From contig JADHNZ010000034.1 in NCBI GenBank assembly GCA_016779225.1, positions 1 to 34,179 of the forward strand: a stretch of DNA of 34,179 bases. The letters run 5' to 3'. This stretch comes from Planctomycetota bacterium (lineage in GTDB: Bacteria; Planctomycetota; UBA1135; GCA-002686595). Shown here piece after piece: positions 25,927 to 34,179 of the stretch; position 1 is the first letter of the stretch, and each line of letters starts with the position of its first letter. The position numbers and the translations under genes are program-made. Under the pieces are notes generated by a model, which worked only from the letters and a program-made list of their open reading frames with translations, had not been told where the DNA came from and did no database searches.

Positions 25927-27453
25927 TTGCGACGCACCGCCCCGCTCCGACTCCTTGCCTGCGTGCCGCTCCTGGCGGCAGTCCCGCCCGCTCCCGCAGC
26001 GGGTGGCTCGCCCCTCCCCCCGCCCAAAGCCAGCGCGCAGCCGAGCCTCCGCGCCGACTTCGACGAGGCCCGAGCCGGGCTCCGTGCCCAGACCGCTACG
26101 GCCCTGGAGGACCTGGCCGAAGCCTGCCAGAAGGAGAAGGCCTACCTGCAGCGGGACCTGACCTACGACGCGGTGCTGAAGTTCGATCCGGACCACGCCA
26201 AGGCCCGCAAATACCTGGGCTACAAGCAGGACCGCAAGACCGGCGAGTGGTCGCGGCCGCGGGAGTACAAAGCCCCCAGGGACAAGGACCACGCCGCGGC
26301 CCTCGAGCTCCTCGAGCAGCGCGCGGGCGTGCTGGCGGGGCACACGGACCGGCTGCTCGCACTCTTGGAGGAGCACCGCGCCGACCTGCCCAAGGCGCGC
26401 TTCCAGCAGGAGGTCGATGAGCTCCTGGACGCTGACCCGGACTCCGAGCGCCTCCGCGCCATGGTGGGTCAGGTCAAGGTCGAGATCGACGGCCAGACGC
26501 GGTGGATGAGCAAGGCCACGGCGCTCACCCTGACCCAGCGCAAGGAGCAGCGCGCGGCCTGGGACGAGGCTCGCAGCGGCGCGCCCGAGCCCGCACCCGC
26601 TGAGGCCGAGACCTTCGAGACCGAGCTCGGGGTGACCTTCACCGGGGTGGTCGAGACCGAGCACTACCGGGTCCTGGCGAGCTCGGGCAAGGGTGAGGCC
26701 GCCGAGGTGGCGCGCCTCCTCGAAGCCCTCACCACCTGGATGCATCCGCTCCTCGGCACGCGCCACTCCCAGGGCCAGGTGCGCGTGTACCTGATGTCCG
26801 CCAAGGCCGGGGAGGACTTCACCGACAAGTTCCCGGGGATCGCGGCCACCGACAGGCTGCGCTACAAGGGCATCAACGGCGCCTGGATGGCGAGCAGCGA
26901 GCGCCTCGGCGTCTGGAACGGCACCAAGGAGAGCCGCGTCGACCAGGCCCTGCGCCTGATCATCAGCTATGCGCTGCTCGACACCTACGGCCGCACCGAG
27001 GACGGCACCTGGGTGAAGGGCGGCATGCCCGGCTGGATCGAGCAGGGCCTGGGCATCTATCTGGTCTGGCAGATGGCCGGGACCAAGCTCTCGCTGCAAA
27101 TCAAGGAGCGCGACTCGTCGGCAACGGGCCGCCCCGACTACATCGAGAACCTGCGCGATGAGGACGCCAACTGGATCACCCTCGCTCGGCGGATGATGGG
27201 CGGAGCGCGGAAGCCGAGCCTCGCGATCAGCCTCGGCAAGGACGCCATGGCCATGGAGCCTGACGACCTGCTGCTTGCCTACGCCGTCTCGGCCTGGCTC
27301 GTCGAGGGCCACGAGGCCGAGCTCGTCCACCGCATCCTCTCGCGCTGTGGCCAGCGCGAGGCCACCGTCAAGGTCTTCGAGGAGGAGCTCGGCATGCCCC
27401 TCCCGCGCATCGAGAGCGCCCTCATCGCCTGGCTCGACGAGGTCCGCAAGTGA
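25927..27453 (+). CDS. Secreted protein of unknown function, paralog A of a tandem triplet
   Basis: It has a signal peptide (MRRTAPLRLLACVPLLAAVPPAPAAG). It shares family motifs with the next two genes (EACQKEKAYLQR; DPDHAKARKYLGYKQDRKTGEW; GWIEQGLGIYLVWQ; DLLLAYAVSAWLVEG). Confidence 0.7.
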   Translation: MRRTAPLRLLACVPLLAAVPPAPAAGGSPLPPPKASAQPSLRADFDEARAGLRAQTATALEDLAEACQKEKAYLQRDLTYDAVLKFDPDHAKARKYLGYKQDRKTGEWSRPREYKAPRDKDHAAALELLEQRAGVLAGHTDRLLALLEEHRADLPKARFQQEVDELLDADPDSERLRAMVGQVKVEIDGQTRWMSKATALTLTQRKEQRAAWDEARSGAPEPAPAEAETFETELGVTFTGVVETEHYRVLASSGKGEAAEVARLLEALTTWMHPLLGTRHSQGQVRVYLMSAKAGEDFTDKFPGIAATDRLRYKGINGAWMASSERLGVWNGTKESRVDQALRLIISYALLDTYGRTEDGTWVKGGMPGWIEQGLGIYLVWQMAGTKLSLQIKERDSSATGRPDYIENLRDEDANWITLARRMMGGARKPSLAISLGKDAMAMEPDDLLLAYAVSAWLVEGHEAELVHRILSRCGQREATVKVFEEELGMPLPRIESALIAWLDEVRK

Positions 27454-28964
27454 GCATCCCCACCACCATGAGCATCCGCCTGCACCCCCTCCTCGCCCTC
27501 TCCCCGCTCCTGCTGGGCGCGGGCGCGCCCAGCCTGACCCTCGCGCCGAACCACGCGGCGGCTGCCGGGCTTCTCGCGTCGCTGCCCGCCGAGCGAGCGG
27601 ACTTCGACAAGGAGCTACGCGAGCTGCAGGGTCTCCTGGTGAGCGACCTGGAGCAGGTCGCGGACGCCTGCCAGAAGGTCAAGGCGTTCCTGCAGCGCAA
27701 CCGGGCCTACGAGCTGATCCTGGAGTACGACCCCGAGCACAAGAACGCGCGCAAGTTCCTCGGCTACAAGTACGACCGCAAGGCCGAGGAGTGGACCATG
27801 CCGCGCAAGCCGCGCGACCCCAAGGACGCCAGCGACGAGGCCGTCGCGGAGGCCGCGGCGGAGCGGGTCCGGATCCTGGGGGGCCACAGGCAGCGCATGC
27901 TGCAGCTCCTCGACGCCCACCCGGATCTGCCCCTGAAGCTCAAGAACCGCGAGCTCAAGCGGCTGGTCGCGCTCCTTCCCGACGACGCCGAGCTGCGCGG
28001 GATGCGACGCGAGGTGCGCAGCGAGGGCGAGGACGGGACGGTGACCTGGATGCTCGAGGAGAGCCTGCGCGGGAACAAGGTCCACAAGGAGAACGAGGCC
28101 CTGCTCAAGAAGATGAAGAGCGGCGCCCCCACCCCCACCGAGGAGCCCCTCGAGGACTGGGAGAAGGAGCTCGGGGCAGGGTTCCTCGACAAGGCCGCGG
28201 TGACCGACCGCGTGCGCGTCGTCGGGAACGCCTCGACCAGCGAGAACGAGACCGGCGCCCGGATGTGCCACATCATCTGGGACTACCTCGAGCACCTGTT
28301 CGGGATCGGCCTCGAGCCCTCGTACACCACCTATCACATCGAGGGCCGCTCGGCGAAGAGCAGCTTCCTCGGCAACTGGCCGGGCCTCGACCCGGACCAG
28401 GTCGAGTACCTCAAGGGGACCGGCGGCAGCACGCTCTCGGGGCGCGAGATGTTCCAGTCGGGCCCGACCAGCGACAACCGCGTAGACGGCTCGGTGCGCA
28501 TGTCCATCGCGATGTACATGGGGCGCAACTTCGGGGTCGGCTCGAGCACGGGCTGGGCGATCGAGGGCTTCGGCATGTACATCACGCACCAGCTCCTCGG
28601 CACTCGCCTGACCTATTTCATCCGGCGAACCGACTATGTCCAGAAGGGCAAGAAGCGGGACCTCCAGGACCCCAACGCGAACTGGATGAAGATGGCGCTC
28701 GAGGTCCTGACGGACGAGAAGCCCTTCAACCTGCCCTTCGCCATGGGGCGCGATGTGAACAACCTCACCCCGGACGACCTGCTGGTGTCCTACGCCCTGG
28801 CGGCCTACCTGCTCGAGGGCTGCGAGCCGGAGACGGCGACCACCGTGCTGTCCAAGATGGGGACCGAGGGCGTGGGCGGCGTGCAGGCCGTCGAGCAGAC
28901 CCTCGGGTTCGATATCGAGACGGTCCGGGACCGCCTCGCCCAGTGGCTGCAGGAGCGTGACTGA
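27450..28964 (+). CDS. Secreted protein of unknown function, paralog B of a tandem triplet
   Basis: Its start overlaps the upstream stop (GTGA; an alternative start is the ATG at 27468). It has a signal peptide. It carries the shared motifs DACQKVKAFLQR, DPEHKNARKFLGYKYDRKAEEW, GWAIEGFGMYITHQLLGTRL and LLVSYALAAYLLEGCEPE. Confidence 0.7.
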   Translation: MSIPTTMSIRLHPLLALSPLLLGAGAPSLTLAPNHAAAAGLLASLPAERADFDKELRELQGLLVSDLEQVADACQKVKAFLQRNRAYELILEYDPEHKNARKFLGYKYDRKAEEWTMPRKPRDPKDASDEAVAEAAAERVRILGGHRQRMLQLLDAHPDLPLKLKNRELKRLVALLPDDAELRGMRREVRSEGEDGTVTWMLEESLRGNKVHKENEALLKKMKSGAPTPTEEPLEDWEKELGAGFLDKAAVTDRVRVVGNASTSENETGARMCHIIWDYLEHLFGIGLEPSYTTYHIEGRSAKSSFLGNWPGLDPDQVEYLKGTGGSTLSGREMFQSGPTSDNRVDGSVRMSIAMYMGRNFGVGSSTGWAIEGFGMYITHQLLGTRLTYFIRRTDYVQKGKKRDLQDPNANWMKMALEVLTDEKPFNLPFAMGRDVNNLTPDDLLVSYALAAYLLEGCEPETATTVLSKMGTEGVGGVQAVEQTLGFDIETVRDRLAQWLQERD

Positions 28965-30448
28965 TGACCAGCCCGCTCACCCTCCTCCTCCCTGCCGTGC
29001 TCGGAGCCCCGATCCTGTGGGGGCCTGCGGTGCCCCTCCGGCCCGCGTCGAGCGCGAGCACACCGGGAGCCCCCGCGTTGGCCCGTCCCCAGGACGAGGC
29101 CCGGGCCGCACTCGACAAGCAGCTGGCCTGGGAGCTGGAGGGCCTGGCGGAGCGCTGCCAGCAGGCGAAGGCGTTCGTGGAGCGCAACGCCACCTACGAG
29201 CTGCTCCTGCGCTTCGACCCCGAGCACGCCAAGGCGCGCAAGACCCTGGGGCACAAGAAGGACCGCAAGTCGGGCGAGTGGACGGTCCCCGAGCGCAGCC
29301 GCCCCCCGAAGGCCGCCGAGGAGGAGATCGCTGCGCCGCTGCGCGCCGAGCGCGAGACCCTGCTGCGCGGCCATGTGGACGCGGTTCTGGTCCTGCTGGA
29401 CGGGCAGGAGCTGCCCGTCCGGATCCTGCGCCGGGAGGAGCAGCGCCTGCTGGAGCTGATGCCCGACCATGAGGGCCTGCGTGAGCGCACGGGCGAGGTC
29501 CGCGAGGGGGACTCGTGGGTGCTGCGGGAGACGGTCCACGCGCGCCTCACCCGCAAGGCGCACGAGAAGCTGCGCGGCGACCTGAAGGGGGCAGCCCCCG
29601 ACCCGGCCGAGGCCGCGATCGAGGCCGCGGAACAGACCTGGGGCGTCACCTTCTCCAAGGCCCTCGCGACGCCCGCCGTGCGCGTGGTCTCCGCGGTGTC
29701 GGACGGTGAGGCCAGCGAGACGGCGAAGCGAGCCCATGCGACCTACGCCTATCTGGATCAGCTGCTCGGCACCACGGACACCCTCGCCCAGGGAACGCTC
29801 TACCTGTTCGAGGGGCCCGCGGCCACGGCCGCGTTCTGCCAGGCGTACCCCGGGCTTGAGGAGGCGACCCGCAAGCTCTTCGGCGGACTCCTCTGCTCCT
29901 ACCTCGACCACCACCACGCCAACGCATCCAGCGCCAAGCGCGAGGAGCGCCTGGACGGGGCCGTGCGGATGAGCATCGCGCGGCACCTCGCGTGGACCAC
30001 CGGGACCTGGAGCAAGCACGGCTGGATCGCCGAGGGCTTCGGGATCTACATCACGCACCAGATGACGGGCACGCGCCTGATCTACACCGTGCGCGAGTCC
30101 GAGGGCAGCAGCTCCAAGGGCGGTGACAAGGTCGAGGACCGCATGAAGCGCAAGGACGCCGACTGGCTGGCGCTCGCGCGCACGACCCTCCAGGGCAAGG
30201 ATGCGCCGAAGCTGGCCTTCACCCTCGGGCGCGATGTGAACACCCTCACCCGCGGCGATGTGCTGGTGGCGAACGCCCTCGCGGCCTACCTGCTCGAGGG
30301 CTGCGAGCCGGGGACCGCCCTGCGGGTGCTCAAGCGAATCGGGCGGGACGAGGTCGGCTCCGCCAAGGCCCTCGAGGAGGAGCTCGGGCTCGACCCGCCG
30401 GCCCTCGAGCGGCGCCTCATCCGCTGGCTCGAGGAGCTGGGCAAGTAG
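28964..30448 (+). CDS. Secreted protein of unknown function, paralog C of a tandem triplet
   Basis: Its start overlaps the upstream stop as TGATG. It has a signal peptide (MTSPLTLLLPAVLGAPILWG). It carries the shared motifs ERCQQAKAFVER, DPEHAKARKTLGHKKDRKSGEW, GWIAEGFGIYITHQMTGTRL and LVANALAAYLLEGCEPG. Confidence 0.7.
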   Translation: MTSPLTLLLPAVLGAPILWGPAVPLRPASSASTPGAPALARPQDEARAALDKQLAWELEGLAERCQQAKAFVERNATYELLLRFDPEHAKARKTLGHKKDRKSGEWTVPERSRPPKAAEEEIAAPLRAERETLLRGHVDAVLVLLDGQELPVRILRREEQRLLELMPDHEGLRERTGEVREGDSWVLRETVHARLTRKAHEKLRGDLKGAAPDPAEAAIEAAEQTWGVTFSKALATPAVRVVSAVSDGEASETAKRAHATYAYLDQLLGTTDTLAQGTLYLFEGPAATAAFCQAYPGLEEATRKLFGGLLCSYLDHHHANASSAKREERLDGAVRMSIARHLAWTTGTWSKHGWIAEGFGIYITHQMTGTRLIYTVRESEGSSSKGGDKVEDRMKRKDADWLALARTTLQGKDAPKLAFTLGRDVNTLTRGDVLVANALAAYLLEGCEPGTALRVLKRIGRDEVGSAKALEEELGLDPPALERRLIRWLEELGK

Positions 30449-30482
30449 CGTGTCCGCTGGCCCCTCTGCGCAGGAGCCCCGC

Positions 30483-31757
30483 ATGGGGCTCCTCGAGCGC
30501 CTGCTGCGCTCGGCCGCGGGTCGGATCCTGCTGGTGGCGGCCAGCGTCGCGCTGCTCGCCGGCGCGAACACGCTCGAGCTGAGCAGCGCCCTGGCGGGCC
30601 GCAGCTTCGGCCCCGCCCTGGACGAGGGCGCCTTCTTCCTCTCCCAGCTCACGCGCTGGGGCCTCTGGGGAGCGGTCGCTCTCCTGGGCATCGTCCCCCT
30701 CATGCAGCTCAGCGGCCGCTGGAGTCGGCCCCAGCAGGTCCTGGGGCACCTGCTGCTGGCGGGCGCCTCCACCTGGGCAGTCGGGACGATCTGGAGCGCG
30801 CTGCGGCCGCAGCTGCCAAGCCCGTTCGACTTCAGCACGATGGAGGAGCTGCGTGGAGACCGCCCTGGCCCCCCGCGGGGCGAGCGAGGAGAGCGCGCCC
30901 CTGCGCCCGAGGATCCGGAGGAGGACCTGGAGGACCGCCCCCCGCGCAGGCAGGGGCGCTTCGACCCCCGCCGCGGACGGGGGGCCTTCGGTCGCGAGGA
31001 CGACACCCTCGACCGGTGGCTCACCCACGGCCTGCTCCTGCTGCTCTGCGCCGGGGGCGCCAGCCACCTGCGCTCCGAGGAGGCGCGCCGGCGGGCCTCC
31101 GCGCTCGCCATCGAGCGCGCGCAGCTCGCAGGCGAGCTCACCACCGCCCAGCTCGCCTCCCTGGAGGCCCAGCTGCGCCCCCACTTCCTGTTCAACGCCC
31201 TGCACTCGGTCGGCGCCCTGATGCGGCTCGGTCGCAGCGATGAGGCCCGTACGGCCCTGGTCACCCTGGGGGACCTCCTGCGCGGCACCCTCGACCGCTC
31301 GCGCGAGGGCCGCTCCACCCTGGCCGACGAGCTCGAGCTGTGCGAGAGCTACCTGGACCTGGAGCGGCTGCGCCACGGAGACCGGCTGGCGGTGACGACG
31401 ACCTGCCCGGAGGAGGCGCGCACCTGCGAGGTGCCGCCGCTGCTGCTGTTGCCCCTGGTCGAGAATGCCGTGCGCCACGGCCTCGAGCGCACGACCCAGC
31501 CCGTGGAGGTGCGCCTGCGCGTGGATCTCGCGGACGGACACCTCCAGCTCATCGTGGAGAATGATGGTCCCCCGCTCCCGCCCGAGGTGCTGCAGGCGGG
31601 GCAGGGCCAGGGCATCGGCCTCGCGAACACGCGCAAGCGCATCGGAACCCTGTACGGCGCGCGCGGTTCCATGACCCTTGAGAATCCGCCCTCGGGTGGC
31701 GCACGGGTGGTGCTCGGCCTGCCCTGCTCCCAAGGTGCACACGACCCGAGCTCCTGA
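30483..31757 (+). CDS. LytS/AlgZ-type sensor histidine kinase (His_kinase + HATPase_c) with a short transmembrane sensor and a charged disordered linker
   Basis: It carries the family signature LRPHFLFNALHSV followed by an HATPase region (LLPLVENAVRHG...GQGIGLANTRKR). It has N-terminal hydrophobic helices. The start is at the ATG at 30483 (MGLLERLL), in frame with listed ORF 30258..31757. Confidence 0.8.
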   Translation: MGLLERLLRSAAGRILLVAASVALLAGANTLELSSALAGRSFGPALDEGAFFLSQLTRWGLWGAVALLGIVPLMQLSGRWSRPQQVLGHLLLAGASTWAVGTIWSALRPQLPSPFDFSTMEELRGDRPGPPRGERGERAPAPEDPEEDLEDRPPRRQGRFDPRRGRGAFGREDDTLDRWLTHGLLLLLCAGGASHLRSEEARRRASALAIERAQLAGELTTAQLASLEAQLRPHFLFNALHSVGALMRLGRSDEARTALVTLGDLLRGTLDRSREGRSTLADELELCESYLDLERLRHGDRLAVTTTCPEEARTCEVPPLLLLPLVENAVRHGLERTTQPVEVRLRVDLADGHLQLIVENDGPPLPPEVLQAGQGQGIGLANTRKRIGTLYGARGSMTLENPPSGGARVVLGLPCSQGAHDPSS

Positions 31758-31829
31758 CCGTCCGTCAGCCCCCGCCGCAGCGTCCCCCACCGCCGCAGCG
31801 TCGCGCCGCCCCAGGGAAGCCCCGCTCCA

Positions 31830-32531
31830 ATGCCTCACCTTCGCACCCTCGTCGCCGACGACGAGCCGCTCTCGCGCGCCGAGCTGGCGGCCCTTGTCGA
31901 GCAGCACCCTGACCTCGAGCTCGTCGCCACCTGCTCCGACGGCCCGAGCGCTCGGGCCTGCCTCGAGACCGCGGAGGTGGACCTGGCCTTCCTCGATGTG
32001 GAGATGCCCGGCTGCAGCGGCCTCGAGGTCGTGCGCTCTCTCGGCCCGCGTGCACCGCGCGCCGTGGTGTTCGCCACCGCGCACCCCGAGTTCGCGGTCG
32101 AGGCCTTCGAGGTGCGCGCCATCGACTACCTCCTCAAGCCCTACGACCCCGAGCGCTTCGCCGCCGCCGTCGAGCGCGCACAGGACAGGCTCGAGGCCTC
32201 CGGCGAGGGCGCCCGCCTCGTACTCCGCAAGGAGGGGCGCATGGAGGTCGTGGTCCTCTCCTCCCTGCGCTGGGTCGAGGCCGCGGACCAATATGTCCTG
32301 CTGCACACGACCGAGGGCAACCGCCTGATGCGGGAGTCCATGGCGCGCATGGAGGCGGCCCTCACCCCCCACGGCTTCCTGCGGGTCCACCGCTCCGCGA
32401 TCGTCCCCCTCGCCGCGGTCCGCGAGCTCCGCTCCCTCCCCTCGGGCGGGGGCGAACTGGTCCTCGAGGGCGGGGACCGGGTCCCGGTCAGCCGCTCCAG
32501 GGCCCCCGAGGTCCGCAGGGCCCTGGGCTGA
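31830..32531 (+). CDS. LytTR-family response regulator (receiver + LytTR DNA-binding domain)
   Basis: The receiver domain has the conserved aspartates (VADDEP...DLAFLDVEMPGCSGLEV...IDYLLKP). The C-terminal LytTR fold is indicated by VVLSSLRWVEAADQYVLLHT...FLRVHRSAIV. Confidence 0.85.
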   Translation: MPHLRTLVADDEPLSRAELAALVEQHPDLELVATCSDGPSARACLETAEVDLAFLDVEMPGCSGLEVVRSLGPRAPRAVVFATAHPEFAVEAFEVRAIDYLLKPYDPERFAAAVERAQDRLEASGEGARLVLRKEGRMEVVVLSSLRWVEAADQYVLLHTTEGNRLMRESMARMEAALTPHGFLRVHRSAIVPLAAVRELRSLPSGGGELVLEGGDRVPVSRSRAPEVRRALG

Positions 32532-32675
32532 GCCCCGTTCCCAACAGGGGCCGGGCGCCTGCCTCACGGCCCCATTCTGGCCCTTCCGTCCGGGCGGGCT
32601 CCGACCGAGGATGCCGGGGTCCCACGCGCCAAGCCCCCCACGGGCCACCGCGTCCAGCCCAGACCACCAAGCCCC

Positions 32676-33737
32676 ATGAAGCTCCTCACCGCCCTCTCCG
32701 TTCTCCCCGTCGTGGCCCTGGGGAGCACCCTGGCCACCGACTACACCGCCGACCGCAGCCTGCGCGTGGAGCGCCGGATCCACACCACCAGCGAGGTGGT
32801 GGACATGGTCATGATCGTCGACGGAGAGGAGATGGAGGGGCGGGGCTTCGGCGGCGGCGCGAGCGAGCGCACGCTCACCATCACCACCCTCGACAAGGTG
32901 CTGGAGCACGAGGAGGGCGCCCCCACCCGCGTCCGCCGCACGCTCGAGACCCTCAGCACCGAAGGCGTCATGAGCATGCGCGGCGAGGAGCGTGACTTCG
33001 AGCGCGCCAGCGACGCCGAGGGCGCAGTGCTCGACCTGAGCCGCGCCGAGAACGGCGACCTCGAGGTCAAGGTCGAGGAGGGCTCCGAGCCCGAGGGCGC
33101 GGACTTCGCGTCCCTCGAGCTGACGCTCGAGCTCGACGCCCTCCTGCCCACCGAAGAGGTGGAGCCCGGCGGGACCTGGGACCTCGAGAGCGAGGCGATC
33201 GTCCGCGGCCTCGGCATGGGGCTCGAGGGCTCGCTCTTCGGCCGTCCCTCCATGGAAGGTGACCGTGGCGGCCGCGGCGAGGGCGGCGGCGGTCGCGGAG
33301 GCCGCGGTGGCTTCGGCGGCGGCCGTGGCGGCTTCAGCCTGGAGACCATGATCGGCCTCGAGTGGAAGGGCGAGGCCAAGCTCGCCGAGGAGACCGAGAC
33401 CGTCGACGAGCTCGAGTGCCTGGTGATCGAGCTCGAGCTCGAGGCCGACGGCGCCCTGCCCGAGCGCGAGTGGGGCGGCGGCCGTGGCGGCCGTGGCGGC
33501 GGCGGCGGAGCCCTGGAGCTGAGCGCCCCGCTCTCCTGGCTGGAGACCACCGTCGAGGTCGAGCTCGAAGGCCGCATGCTCTGGAGCCTGGCGGAGAACC
33601 GCCTCGTGAGCCTCGAGCTCGAGGGCGACTTCACCATGCAGATGGAGCGCACCATGTCCCGCGGCGACCGCGAGATGGAGATGAGCTCCACCACCGAGGG
33701 CGCCGTCGAGTTCAAGGTCTCCGTCGAGGCCGAGTGA
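32676..33737 (+). CDS. Secreted, highly acidic protein with Gly/Arg (RGG-box-like) repeat tracts; function unknown
   Basis: It has a signal peptide (MKLLTALSVLPVVALGSTLA). The body is Glu/Leu-rich and has two GGRGGRGGFGGGRGG-type tracts. Codon usage is strongly GC3. Confidence 0.5.
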   Translation: MKLLTALSVLPVVALGSTLATDYTADRSLRVERRIHTTSEVVDMVMIVDGEEMEGRGFGGGASERTLTITTLDKVLEHEEGAPTRVRRTLETLSTEGVMSMRGEERDFERASDAEGAVLDLSRAENGDLEVKVEEGSEPEGADFASLELTLELDALLPTEEVEPGGTWDLESEAIVRGLGMGLEGSLFGRPSMEGDRGGRGEGGGGRGGRGGFGGGRGGFSLETMIGLEWKGEAKLAEETETVDELECLVIELELEADGALPEREWGGGRGGRGGGGGALELSAPLSWLETTVEVELEGRMLWSLAENRLVSLELEGDFTMQMERTMSRGDREMEMSSTTEGAVEFKVSVEAE

Positions 33738-33812
33738 GTCCACGCCCCAGCGAGACCGCATCCCAGATCCGCCCCGAACGAACCGCACTGAACTCTCACA
33801 CCACCTGATCCC

Positions 33813-34179
33813 ATGAGCAGCAACCTTCCCATCGTGGCCCTCGTCGGCCTTGTCGCCGGTGTCGGCGGCGCCGGCCTCACCTCGACCCTCCTGGCCCCCG
33901 GACCGGAGGCCCCCGCCCCGGCCCTCACGGCCAGCGCCCCGTCCGCCGACCTCTCCGGGGTCGAGGAGCGGCTCGATCGCTTCGCCAGCCGGCTCGACGA
34001 GCTGGAGATGCAGGTGGCTGCGGTCCCCATGCGCCGCGATGCGGCGGCTCCGGCCGCCCAGGAGGTGGACCTCTCCGAGCTGCGCGCCGAGCTGGAGAGC
34101 TACATGACGACCCTGCGGAACCCGCAGATCGCCATGCCGCCGCACTTCGAGGACTGGGTCGCCACGGCCCAGGAGAACA
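33813..34179 (+). CDS. Hypothetical membrane-anchored protein with a predicted coiled coil; 5' partial, running off the end of the window
   Basis: An ATG at 33813 opens a GC3-rich frame with no stop up to the window end (MSSNLPIVALVGLVAGVGGAGLTSTLLAP...LDELEMQVAAV...LRAELESYMTTLRNPQ). It is absent from the ORF track because that track only lists Met-to-stop ORFs. Confidence 0.4.
   Translation, partial: MSSNLPIVALVGLVAGVGGAGLTSTLLAPGPEAPAPALTASAPSADLSGVEERLDRFASRLDELEMQVAAVPMRRDAAAPAAQEVDLSELRAELESYMTTLRNPQIAMPPHFEDWVATAQEN

Noticed and set aside
1-34179. A defence island or toxin-antitoxin system (nucleases, helicases, methyltransferases, Abi or TA pairs)
   Set aside because: None of the proteins shows nuclease, helicase, methyltransferase or toxin-antitoxin motifs. 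The window looks like core chromosome with a few lineage-specific envelope genes.

Overview
This is a very GC-rich bacterial chromosomal segment with no obvious mobile element or CRISPR array; third codon positions are almost uniformly G/C, which suggests a myxobacterium-like lineage. It is densely packed with housekeeping and envelope genes. In order, I can support:

- the 3' part of a type III glutamine synthetase
- a MORN-repeat lipoprotein
- a ferrochelatase with an unusual N-terminal membrane extension
- a NUDIX/NrtR-like regulator placed divergently from an ADP-ribosylglycohydrolase-vWA fusion gene
- a tRNA-Met(CAT) followed by stacked hairpins
- a cupin + cysteine dioxygenase operon
- Ppx/GppA coupled to a large CarboxypepD_reg-repeat secreted protein
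- an NHL-repeat protein, a metallophosphoesterase and a zf-HC2 anti-sigma factor
- gltX placed divergently from adenosine deaminase
- an esterase
- an NfeD-flotillin pair
- queF following a large polytopic membrane protein
- a small cupin-like protein
- a secreted thioredoxin-like/HEAT-repeat protein
- three tandem, translationally coupled paralogous secreted proteins of unknown function, followed by a LytS-type histidine kinase and a LytTR response regulator
- an acidic secreted protein with RGG boxes
- the start of a membrane-anchored coiled-coil protein

Three unrelated tandem-repeat arrays (23, 24 and 35 bp units) sit in promoter-proximal intergenic regions. The two most notable candidate systems are the NrtR-like/ARH-vWA ADP-ribose module and the triplet-paralog + LytS/LytTR cluster. 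Most long overlapping ORFs in the six-frame track are high-GC antisense artefacts.
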